Positions 49,771-61,500 of a DNA stretch of 64,000 bases are shown here, piece after piece. The notes under the pieces were generated by a model. It was not told the DNA's origin, did not search any database, and saw nothing but the letters and a program-made list of their open reading frames with translations. The stretch's first letter is position 1; the number at the start of each line of letters is the position of its first letter. Position numbers and translations under genes: made by a program. The stretch is from Bispira polyomma. Taxonomy: Eukaryota. The DNA lies in the NCBI GenBank assembly GCA_965649765.1, contig OZ287748.1:68386001-68450000 (forward strand), in the 5' to 3' direction.

Positions 49771-50709
49771 ACAGAACATTACAGTTATACACACTGTCAA
49801 AGGGCTATTAAACTTAAAAGTTATACGTAAACTTAAATATTGTGAATGTTTATGTTTTACTTCTATAGCGCCACAATTGATGACCAGGCATCCTTTGTGG
49901 TGCATATCCTAATTAATATACAAAAGAATAGTCCGTTAGGAGAAAAAGTGTGTGATCAGAGTTTCAGTCGTGACCACCAGAAGAATGTTATGGTGGAAAA
50001 GTCAGTTGATACAGATTTGTAAAAAGCTTTTACCTGGAGCCTGTAGATGTACTACATGTACTTGTATAGATTTTAGTGGATAAATCGTTTGGGTTGGTGG
50101 AGATCAATATCGAACCTAAAATTACTTCAATATCGGCCGATATTAGGACAAAGAAAGAAAGCTGTGAAGAAACTAGAACGTATTTCAGAAACGAAAAACC
50201 TGCCCGAATAAAACCGGAAGTGAGAACTGCTAAATATGTTTACAGGTAAAACCGGACTTAAACTGGTCATCATTCATTATTTAAAAGGTATTAACAATAA
50301 AATATATGGTTGTATAAATGTTGTCCCAAGGTGTAATATGTGTCTATCATGATATCGATGTGTTTGTATTACAGTTAGTGCCAGGCAAGATATTGATAAA
50401 CAATTTACCCACTAATAGATTTAGTTATTACTGAAAATCACCTAGACACAGTGTGAGCTTATTGTAAGTTTTAGAGCTTTGATAAATACGAGCACTTTTG
50501 TTGAACAGGATTAACTATTCATCAAACACTTTAGTTTTACAAAGACAAAGCAACCATGATAAATACAATCCAAGAACTGCAATAATACTCAAACTGTAAA
50601 CATTTTTACACTGTAGATGGATTAATTGAAATTGTTTACCCAGACACAACCTATTGGCATTCCTAAACATAAAAGTAGAAAACAGAGATGTATAACTAGA
50701 GATTTATAA

Positions 50710-51212
50710 GTAGAATCACCAACAGGCAAGCATGAACAACTTCAATCAAACAGAATTCTTCACAAAATATTTTAGTAAATATGAGTTATATAATTATTGG
50801 TTTTTAGAATAAACACCATACAAGCTTTAACATTTAGACAGCTTTAAGCTAACACAGTTCTTCACAAAATATTCTAGTAAACATAATGTTATAGTTGTAC
50901 AGAAATTAGTTTTCAGAATGAACATCAGGCAAGTTTTAATATTTAGACATCATTATTCTAACAGTTCTCCACAATATTTTCCAGTAAATGTGAGGCATAC
51001 CATTATTGAATTTTAGAATCAGCACCAGGCAAGCTTCATCATTTAGAGAGCTTAAATCTATCAGAGTTTATTCACAAAATATTTCAGCAAATGTGAGATA
51101 TACCGTTATTGGTTTTTAGAATAAGTGCCAGAGAAGCTTTAACATTTAGACAGCTTTCATCGAACACAATTTTCCACAAAATATTCTACTAAAAAGGAGT
51201 TATAATTATTGG
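50710..51212 (+). repeat. About 104-bp diverged tandem repeat, about 5 copies
   Basis: cacaaaatatt and aagctttaacatttagaca recur at about 104-bp spacing. Confidence 0.75.
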
Positions 51213-51288
51213 AATTATATAAATATTTTGGCCACAAAGTGAGTTTCACACTCCAAAAAGTAAGAACATGGGACTTGTAACAAATTAG

Positions 51289-52654
51289 AACTAGAAAACG
51301 GTTTTTGATAACAAAAACGAAGCGTCCCTAAAGTTGAAATAATAATGAAATTGTTTAGTGTACAAGGTTTGATATTGTTTAAAAGTTGACATATAAGCAG
51401 AATCAGCACTTTTGGTCAATGTAAGCTCGAAAAGGATCACAATTTCCGAGTTAACAGACGTTTTCTAAAAAGACGCAGAAATTGAAGATGGTTGCCCAAA
51501 TCAAAAATTACTATAAAAATTTACATAAAAGAAAAATCAGCCCTATGAGTCGAAAAAGAGCTTGAAATCGCTCTATCTAGCACCGTTTCCGAGATAACTG
51601 ACATTTTCAAAAAAGACGCAGAAATTCAAGATGGCCGCCAAAATTGAAAATTTTTTAAAAGTTTACATATTAGCAAAATCAACCCTGTGGGTCAAAAATT
51701 AGCTCAAAATCGCTCTATCTAGCACCGTTTCCGAGATAACGGACGTTTTCGAAAAAGACGCAGAAATTTAAGATGGCCGCCAAAATTGAAAAATTTTTAA
51801 AAGTTTATGTATAAGCAAAATCAACCCTGTGGGTCGAAAATGAGCTCAAAATCACTCTATCTAGCACCGTTTCCGAGATAACGGACGTTTTCAAAAAAGA
51901 CGCAGAAATTCAAGATGGCCGCCAAAATTGAAAAATTTTTTAAATTTTTTTCCCCATTTTGTATGATTGATCGACCCTGTCAATCAGTCAATTATCACCA
52001 GATTGATCTAAAAATTTACGGACATCTATGCTTTGGTATTTGCAATGTGCAGGCCAAATTTCATTGAACTATGACAAGTACTTCAAAAGAAAAGTTGATA
52101 AAAGTGCAAGATAGAGCAAAATAGAGCAAACTACTCATTTGAAGTACTCAGTACTCATTGAGTACTGGACTTAGAACTGTGAAATTTTTACATCATACAT
52201 AAAATCAAAAAGTAGATGAATAACTTATACCAAGATAAAGCCGAAATCCCAATAGTTTCCGAGATAGCAAAAAAGTACAGATTTTTCGCATTTCAATAAA
52301 AATCAATCGGTTGGCAATCGGTCAATTATCATCCGATTAATCTCATCAGCGTCTCCCGTCCTGAAAATTGCCTTACCAAGGTACATACCAAATTTCATTA
52401 AGCTATGATGAATACTTTTTGAGAAAACCTAGTGACAAGCACTTTTACACCCCCAGGGTCACCTGACATTTAAGTAGGTCAAAGTTCAAAGCCAAGAATA
52501 TGAAAAAAATTTCCCACTCCTGGTTAAGAGAACTGCCAAAAATAATTTTGATGCAGATAATATTGAAGGAGATATTCAAGGAAAACCATGCGGCGGCGGT
52601 GGCGAGGAAACCAGGGGTGAAACCAAATAAGCGCCCTTTTCAAGGGATACTTAA
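51289..52654 (+). mobile_element. HINE/Helentron-like element with internal 142-bp tandem array
   Basis: aactag start, 5' hairpin gtttttg-ataa-caaaaac then aagcgtccct; 3' hairpin aagcgcccttttcaagggatactt; ctctatctagcaccgtttccgagataac at 51571, 51713, 51855. Confidence 0.72.
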
Positions 52655-52669
52655 TTACAACATAGAAGC

Positions 52670-53969
52670 AACTAGTATGTCACTCAGTGGATCAAACTAG
52701 TATGTCACTCAGTGGATCCAACTAATAGGGCACTCAGTGGATCAAACTAGTAGGGCACTCAGTGGATCAAACTAGTATGTCACTCAGTGGATCAAACTAG
52801 TAGGGCACTCAGTGGATCAAACTAGTAGGGCACTCAGTGGATCAAACTAGTATGTCACTCAGTGGATCCAACTAGTAGGGCACTCAGTGGATCAAACTAG
52901 TAGGGCACTCAGTGGATCAAACTAGTATGTCACTCAGTGGATCCAACTAGTAGGGCACTCAGTGGATCAAACTAGTAGGGCACTCAGTGGATCAAACTAG
53001 TATGTCACTCAGTGGATCAAACTAGTAGGGCACTCAGTGGATCAAACTAGTAGGGCACTCAGTGGATCAAACTAGTATGTCACTCAGTGGATCCAACTAG
53101 TAGGGCACTCAGTGGATCAAACTAGTATGTCACTCAGTGGATCAAACTAGTAGGGCACTCAGTGGATCAAACTAGTAGGGCACTCAGTGGATCAAACTAG
53201 TATGTCACTCAGTGGATCAAACTAGTAGGGCACTCAGTGGATCAAACTAGTAGGGCACTCAGTGGATCAAACTAGTATGTCACTCAGTGGATCCAACTAG
53301 TAGGGCACTCAGTGGATCAAACTAGTAGGGCACTCAGTGGATCAAACTAGTATGTCACTCAGTGGATCCAACTAGTAGGGCACTCAGTGGATCAAACTAG
53401 TAGGGCACTCAGTGGATCAAACTAGTATGTCACTCAGTGGATCAAACTAGTAGGGCACTCAGTGGATCAAACTAGTAGGGCACTCAGTGGATCAAACTAG
53501 TATGTCACTCAGTGGATCCAACTAGTAGGGCACTCAGTGGATCAAACTAGTATGTCACTCAGTGGATCAAACTAGTAGGGCACTCAGTGGATCAAACTAG
53601 TAGGGCACTCAGTGGATCAAACTAGTATGTCACTCAGTGGATCAAACTAGTAGGGCACTCAGTGGATCAAACTAGTAGGGCACTCAGTGGATCAAACTAG
53701 TATGTCACTCAGTGGATCCAACTAGTAGGGCACTCAGTGGATCAAACTAGTATGTCACTCAGTGGATCAAACTAGTAGGGCACTCAGTGGATCAAACTAG
53801 TAGGGCACTCAGTGGATCAAACTAGTATGTCACTCAGTGGATCAAACTAGTAGGGCACTCAGTGGATCAAACTAGTAGGGCACTCAGTGGATCAAACTAG
53901 TATGTCACTCAGTGGATCCAACTAGTAGGGCACTCAGTGGATCAAACTAGTAGGGCACTCAGTGGATCA
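52670..53969 (+). repeat. 25-bp minisatellite, 52 near-identical copies (aactagta[ggg/tgt]cactcagtggatc[a/c])
   Basis: Counted directly; no spacers between units. Confidence 0.97.
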
Positions 53970-54113
53970 AACTTTAAATGGACTCTTTCTTGTTCCCTGC
54001 CTCATCCCTCTAGTGAATATTCATTTGAACTAATTCTTTGGATATTGTTTACTTCCTGGCGACAAACAAAGAAATGGACATAGCGTAAACATAACCTCCT
54101 TTGTGGAGGTAAA
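53970..54113 (+). mobile_element. 3' part of HINE-like family A copy following the minisatellite
   Basis: actttaaatgga...acaaacaaa...aaacataacctcc-tttgt-ggaggt hairpin 54094-54110. Confidence 0.65.
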
Positions 54114-55358
54114 TATAAAAGTGGGTGAAAAGAATATGCTAATAATTATTGAACATTCAGCTACCATGGGCTGGTATTCTTAACATAACATCGATGCTTA
54201 AACTCATGCTCAACTCAAATAAAGCCTTTGTGAAAGTCCTTGTATACATGGGAATACCCTCTACTTGTGATGTTTCATTTTAATAGAGCTATCAATACTG
54301 AATTCAAATATGAAATCAGATTCGATCTATGTTTACTGTATCCAGAGTTACAGAGAATCTAGATTTGAGTTGAGTATCAGTTTAAGTTGTGTATATATTC
54401 AAGAATACAAGCCCTTAACTTCACAACATAGAGATTCTACTGTACAATATCTAATAGTAAGTAGATGGAGAATTTCTTAAGAATTCCTGAAATAAGTTTT
54501 TTTCCGAATATTACAATGACTGAGATTCGCCTGTATGTTACCAGGTAGGAATGGCATTGTAATTATACACAAAACATAAAATACAGTAAGTTAGTCAGCT
54601 TATTAATGAGTTGAATAGATTAAGAAACATAAACCTTAACAGGATACATGAAAAGAAATCAAATTATTTGCTGACAAGAACACAAATAATAAATAAGAAG
54701 ACAATATGTTTTTCTTTTCAAAACAATAGTGACATAATCTCAGAGAATACCATAACAGACTGTCTTTATTAGAGAGATTTAATCCTCATCCCTGTACTTC
54801 ATTGACGACTATGACTTTCAGATCATACATTATTTATGATTTGAATTTGTGATTCTACATCAATTTCAACATCATTGGTCATATTGTCACAGCCAGATTT
54901 ATTGGCAAAGAAAACCAGTAGTATTTCTACTGGAAACGACCCACCTATGGCAATTACTTGGCTAACTTTCTCACATGCAGCAAGCATAATTCGATTCTAC
55001 TGTGTCCTCAGAGGTAAGAGGCAAGTGATGTTTAGATAACCACTAGATCACCACGACTACTTTATTCCACTGGAAGCTCATCCTGTAATTTCCAAAGAAG
55101 TTACAATAGTACCTCTTTTATTCAAACATATTTAGGAGAGCACGATTTTGTTCAAATCATAGAATGTTCATAAAAGAGAAGAGGAATTTCTGTACCAAAA
55201 AATAAGAAAGCATCAATTTGGGTGAGTCGAAATGAGTTCACAAAAGTTTAATATTTGGATTACAGAAATTTAGATAAAAAGTTGTTCCACTGTGTATGCT
55301 TTGTCTGTCTCAACCCATTTACAGAACATACAAAAACGATGGTAAACCCTTTTCAATT

Positions 55359-55562
55359 TTATATTTCACTTGTGTTCTTCTCTTCAGAATTCAAGTCAAA
55401 GGTCGCTGTTCCTCTACCATTTAGTGGCATATTGGCCTCTTTTCCATCCTCTTCAAACACAGAATCTGGACCTATATCCAAGGCTTTACCCTCTTGTATT
55501 CCCGTACTACATAATATTCCAGGACCCCAATCTTTTGCTGGCCTGCTGAGCTTTCTTATCCG
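55359..55562 (-). CDS. SLC6 terminal exon ([14 protein letters not shown]...NTSEI*)
   Basis: ctttcag|CGG ATA; P..DWGP motif typical of SLC6 C-tails. Confidence 0.9.
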   Translation of the reverse strand, partial: RIRKLSRPAKDWGPGILCSTGIQEGKALDIGPDSVFEEDGKEANMPLNGRGTATFDLNSEEKNTSEI

Positions 55563-58500
55563 CTGAAAGAACAATAAAAAAGTTTTGTTGGGGTTTTAAT
55601 GTCTCTCTCGACACGATTGTGTGTATATCACAATTGGCAGTTCACCTGCTCGAGGGCAATCAGAACAGGGTTGTTGGATAAAATTTTCTTTTCTGAAACT
55701 ACTACCAGCGTAGTCTAGAGGATGTCTGCTACTTTGCTAAATACAGGCCCAAGATCTCTACATTTCAAATAGGGTTCTAAACTGTAGACACAAATAATTC
55801 AGACGATGTTACCAGTACACTTGTTTATTTAATTTGTCAAAATAGATCAGAGATAGTGACAATTTCTATAGATAATTCATTGCAATGCATTACCAAATTT
55901 ATTTTTCACAATACAGCATTGACAAAGTATGGAGAGTATTGTAACATTAAATATTTAGATAGTAAGCAATTCAACTGAGTAAAAAAATTTGACATCCGAT
56001 TCTATTACAGTTATTGCGTCTTATGATGTCATCATAATATATTATTGCAAAATGGCGAGCAAGTTAAGGCGTTGTGATTAAAGTAACAAATAGTGATATT
56101 GTGGGGACTGGTTTTGATTTTAGGTAGTTACATAATCAGATCACTTATTTATAATTTTACAACAATAGATAGAATAAGTAAGGAAAATGTGTGCCAGTAT
56201 CTCCTTAAATGTGACAGTTGACCTTAACCACAACATTGATATAAATTGAGGTTTTTAAGTATCCTATATATGCAGTGTTTTAAATTTAAAAGTGAAAGAA
56301 AACAAGACTTGATACTTTTAGAAATTAATTGTTTCGGACTCTCCTTTTTGCAACTGGTTGAGTGAGCTCTGGCCATTCAGTATTTGTGGATCAGATTGCT
56401 ACTAATGGGTTCTTGTGCAGCTGCATACTTTGGATACCAGGATATATTAAGTTTTCACATTCTAACCACATTTGACAATAGATGTTACAAAACCTCTATT
56501 ACCTGTAGTATTGTTAGGTCTTGTTCCTGTGTAAATATCTTGAACAGTGCCACTCCAGGAATACACAAAATGGCTGACAGGGAAATACACCAGCCCATGG
56601 CCTCAGCCCAGGCAGGAAACACGTACATACGGTAACGGTTGGACTTGAATTCTATCAGTTGAAAAGTGAAAATACCCTGTCAGAAGAAAGAGGAAAAAAA
56701 CATTACTATTACATGAAATGGTATATTTTGACTGATTTTATTATTAATATGTACAGAACATTTTTCTGAAAAACAAACAGACAGACAATACTTCTGGCTG
56801 TACTACAAGTGACATTAAAATTTGGACAATTTTCCTGAAACAAACCCTCACAGTATATCATATACAAAATGATTTTCAATTCAATTTTTAAATAACCATA
56901 ATGACCTCTCTCATCTTGTAACAGGAGATAATTGACCAGAATTATATGACGCCTAGTATTTCTAAAAGTAAACAACTCAAACGGTTCCTTATACAAGCAG
57001 GAGATCTTTTTTTTTCAGAAACAAGGATATGTAAAATATTATTAAAAAATATATACACCCACAATCCAAAGTTCATTTTACTGATATTTCTTTGTATGCA
57101 AACAGCCAACCCTGGGCAATTGTTGAACGCATTTTGTGTACTTAATAACAGGTATTATTACTCATAAATGCAAGAACAAGAACATCCCTGAGAAACTATA
57201 TATGCACTACCCAAAACAGTGGAACATATTATACAAATATTCAATTTTATGAAAACTGTCTGAATTGATTTCATATAAAAAAGTCTTTTCTATTTTATGA
57301 ACCATCTATTATTTATACAAAATCGTACTCTGCCAACATGTTTGGAGATAACAGACGCACCTATTAATAACTTTCCCACATGAAGGAACAAACCGTCACA
57401 CTACCCATATTGTTGAGAGATTTCACACTTCTAACCACTATGTATGGACCCCCCCATATGGAGCATAAGAGTGTGAGTTTGAGTTTAACTAAAGAACACA
57501 GAGCCTAAAACTGTATGTTTGTAGAACTATACAGGCTGAATTTAAGTATGCAGACAGATTATATAAAATTTTCACTCTAGCCAGATATGTGGACCATACA
57601 TTCGAAACTCGCGACTTTTGGACAATATGACCGCAGACAATAGTAGGTTTTGCTGTATTTTGGACTGAAATGTACATACCACTAGTGCCAGCGGACAGAC
57701 AAACTTCCAGCTGATCTTCCAAAACAACCCAATACTCTTTCCCAGCATGAGTTTAATGTCTGCTTGCAGTTGATCAAAGCCTGAATTTAAAAAATGAAAT
57801 CTGTTTATAGTAAAAAAAAACTAGTTTATAGTCAAAATGTATGGAAACATTACATGATTTGAGAACATAATCTATACACATCTGGAAACCTAAATACTTC
57901 AGTCAATACAGGTAATCCAGCTTAAGTATTTATTACACAACATACGTATGATTCCATGTCTTAGAGTGGTCTGTGTAACAGTTGAGTAAAACATAAAAAT
58001 GTGATGTATCTTTGTCAAACCGGTTATAAACAGTGTTTGATTTAGTACACTGAAGATATTGACTACTGTATTGTATTTAAAAGTATACCATATTTGTTCA
58101 CCTTAATTTAGTATTTAAACCTCTAGTTAACCTTTTCTTGCTCAAATACATTCAACAAGCAGCAGTAACTGTCATTTTCTTGACTGAAGAAAGAAGCTTG
58201 GAGATGATCACTTATCAACAAACCCAAGGTTCTATAGCCTAGGACTGGAAATAGGTCACATTGACAAAGGATCGCCATTTTAAGTCCTCATCTGAACCAT
58301 TATGTATATGTCATGGTAGAAAGTCGAATGGTAGAATTTTAAATGAAATTCTACCGGTAGAAACTCCAATTATTCTGTTTGTTATAAGAAAAAAAAATAA
58401 AATTATATTTTACATTACTGACTCAAAAATCTTTTTATGATAAACCAGATCTAGCCCATCGGAGAACTGATGCATGCGTACTGCAAAACAAATATGCAAA

Positions 58501-61500
58501 CCAAATTAATTAGTCAAGGTATCTTTTAGTTTTTAGCAATGTTCTGCATTTTTCAAAACAATAAAACATAAATCACAGGTTGTGTTTTCTTTTTAGTTCT
58601 TATAATTTTCCAATTGGACTTTCTACCGGTAGAATTTCAAATTCTACCAGATTGGACTTTCTACCATGACATATATGTATGCATGTCTCTTGTTACCCCA
58701 GACAAAGATCGAAACCCGGTCCCGCTGTGTTTTTAAGAGAGTTACCCACAAGGCTATAGTATAGTGTCGGACTAAGCAATCGGTGCAACATGTAACTGAT
58801 ATTTATACTATTAGAAGTACTGTAACATGTTTACATCTCATCAACATCCTCTTTGACTGATTCCAACACTTGCCAATATTGACTGTTGCTGTTACTGTGT
58901 AATATTGTCATAAAATTTACCCCTTGTAGTACAAAAACCTGATTTTCTAGATCATAAACTTGCTTGAAGTTTACAAATATTTTACATTGGCTCCTACTAT
59001 TTCTGAGTAGTATATGCTATTCAATAAATAGATTGCGACATCTACTGATGCTGCAAAAAATAGGGATGACATAATGACAATGTCATCTAAATTATAATCT
59101 GCCATAGCCAAAACAACAACCATAGCTGGCCTTACTTTGTGATCTATCAACAAATTTTCACTTTCACTCGTTATGCACCTTATTTTAGGACACCATTATG
59201 GCTCTAAAATATGGTACAATGTCAGGTAAATATCTGTGTCAAATTATAACATCTTGAATAACAGTGACCTTATTCTCCAAAAATCTCAAGTCTATCTGAA
59301 GCTCAAATCTCAGTCACATAGACTCTGACTAGAGTGTAGTCATGTTAAATCTGACTGACTGAAGCTCAAATCTCAGTCATATAGATCTGACTAGAGTGTA
59401 GTCAGATGAAATCTAACTGACTGAAGCTCAAATCTAAGTCATATAGATCTGACTAGAGTGTAGTCAGATGAAATCTAACTGACTGAAGCTCAAATCTCAG
59501 TCATAGAGATCTGACTAGAGTGTAGTCTGACTGACGGAAACTTGACAGACTGAAGCTTAAATCTAAGTCATATAGATCTGACTAGAGTGTAGTCAGATGA
59601 AATCTAACCGACTGAAGCTCAAATCTAAGTCACATAGATCGGACTAGAATGTAGTCAGGTGAAATCTGACTTCATATTTGAATTCAGTCCTGAAAATTGT
59701 TTTAACATGAGTGGTCACAATTATAAATTATTATTTCCATAGAGCATAGGAATTTAGAATTTAGTTGAGCTAAATTGCAACGGTCAGATTTAATAGTGGA
59801 AAAAACCGGTGCTGAAGCACTTTCAAATACCGACCTATAGCAAGTACTTGACAAGCTTTCCCCACAAGGATCGAACAATATTCAAACCCATATTGGTAAG
59901 AGGCTAGTGATTGTGAAGGTAATGCTTCTAAGCCCAAAGCCACCGTGGCCCCTACATAGAGAACATAGGAACTGAGTGCAATTTTGAGCTTGAATTTATT
60001 TGGAGAATATTGGGCCTGACTGTAACTAGAAGACCTTACCATAGACCCAGGACAAAGCCAGACTTTCAGTGAGGGCAATGATGAGAACAGAGTAACTGGC
60101 AGAGTAAGCATCCATGAGCTGTAACATGTACATCCCTCCCTGAAACAGAGAACACACACATATAAAAACACAGGGCATCAGAGTTAGTTCAGCAGTGTCT
60201 TTTCTCATTTGTTTCTTTGACATCACAAAGCCAATTACACGATTCTCATTGCCAACATATTCTATAGCTTGCGCTCTCAACAAATATTTTTTTTCCCCAA
60301 AAAAATATATATTGTACTTTTTCTACACGGTAGAACTTGGTACAAAATACTAACTTGTACACAACAGATTTTACTGGTCTATATTAGGGTGGTCACAACA
60401 AGAAAAATTAGTCAATCATTGATATTTTTCATCAGTGGCTAATATATTCTACTCCAGTGGCAAACGTGTCACATACTGTGCCTGATATTACAATCTAACG
60501 TATCCCTTCACATAAACCGCCATATTTATTGATTTACTTTTGTTGTGGTGTTTTAGATTTTTTTTTTTTTCAATCTAAAAAATTTATTTAATGGCATTTT
60601 TATGATTATAAGTGTCGAAATCTTTACTGTGTCATTTGCTATTTTACAAAATGACTAGGACCACCTAAGTAATCAAGTGCGACTATTTGATGACATGACA
60701 GTCTTAAGTATAGATCAGCCTTTTCAATACACTGATGCACCCTTAGTATAGTGTATATGTTACGCGCCATTTCGACACCAAGCGCCGATTCGAATCGGCA
60801 CCCTCTAGAAGGGGTGCCGTTTAGACACCCAACCCCAGTACTTACTTGGCGTGGCCGTTTTGACACCCAAAGAATAAATGTTTAAGATTTATTTTAATTA
60901 AATTACTATTTTTTGCTTGATTTTAACCAATCAGATATCATTTTAAAGTGTACAACACAAGGAACTAAAATCTGCCATAGTTACAACTGATGGATCCAAC
61001 AAATACAGAGTAAATCGCAATTAAAATGAATTTAATTAAATTTAAATTTTTTTAGCTGGTTATTAACATAAGTTTAACAGTGATTTACTTAATAAACCAG
61101 CTATAATTATGTAATATTAAAATCTCTGTGTTTTAAGCTTTAAAATGATACATTATTTGTTAAAATTAAGCAAGAAATGATTATTATATTAAAATAAACC
61201 TTAAACATTTATTCATTGGGTGTCAAAACGGCCACGCCAAGTAAGCACCAATGCAAATATTTGAGGGTGTCAGAAAGGCCCCCCTAGCCGATTTGAAACG
61301 GCGAGGGTGTCGAAATAGCCCCCTACATATATATACATATATACTAACCGGTGTACACATGGAGAGACCAAGGAGAAAGTTCACAAAACAGAGCCCAGCC
61401 ATCAAGTAACTGGGACGGAAACCAATTCGGAAAAACTTAGGAAACACATCCATGATTGTTGTGTGTACGGTATTTATCAAAGCAAACTGAAATACAGAAT

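Noticed and set aside
52670-53969. CRISPR-like array
   Set aside because: Head-to-tail units with no unique spacers, eukaryotic context, no cas genes
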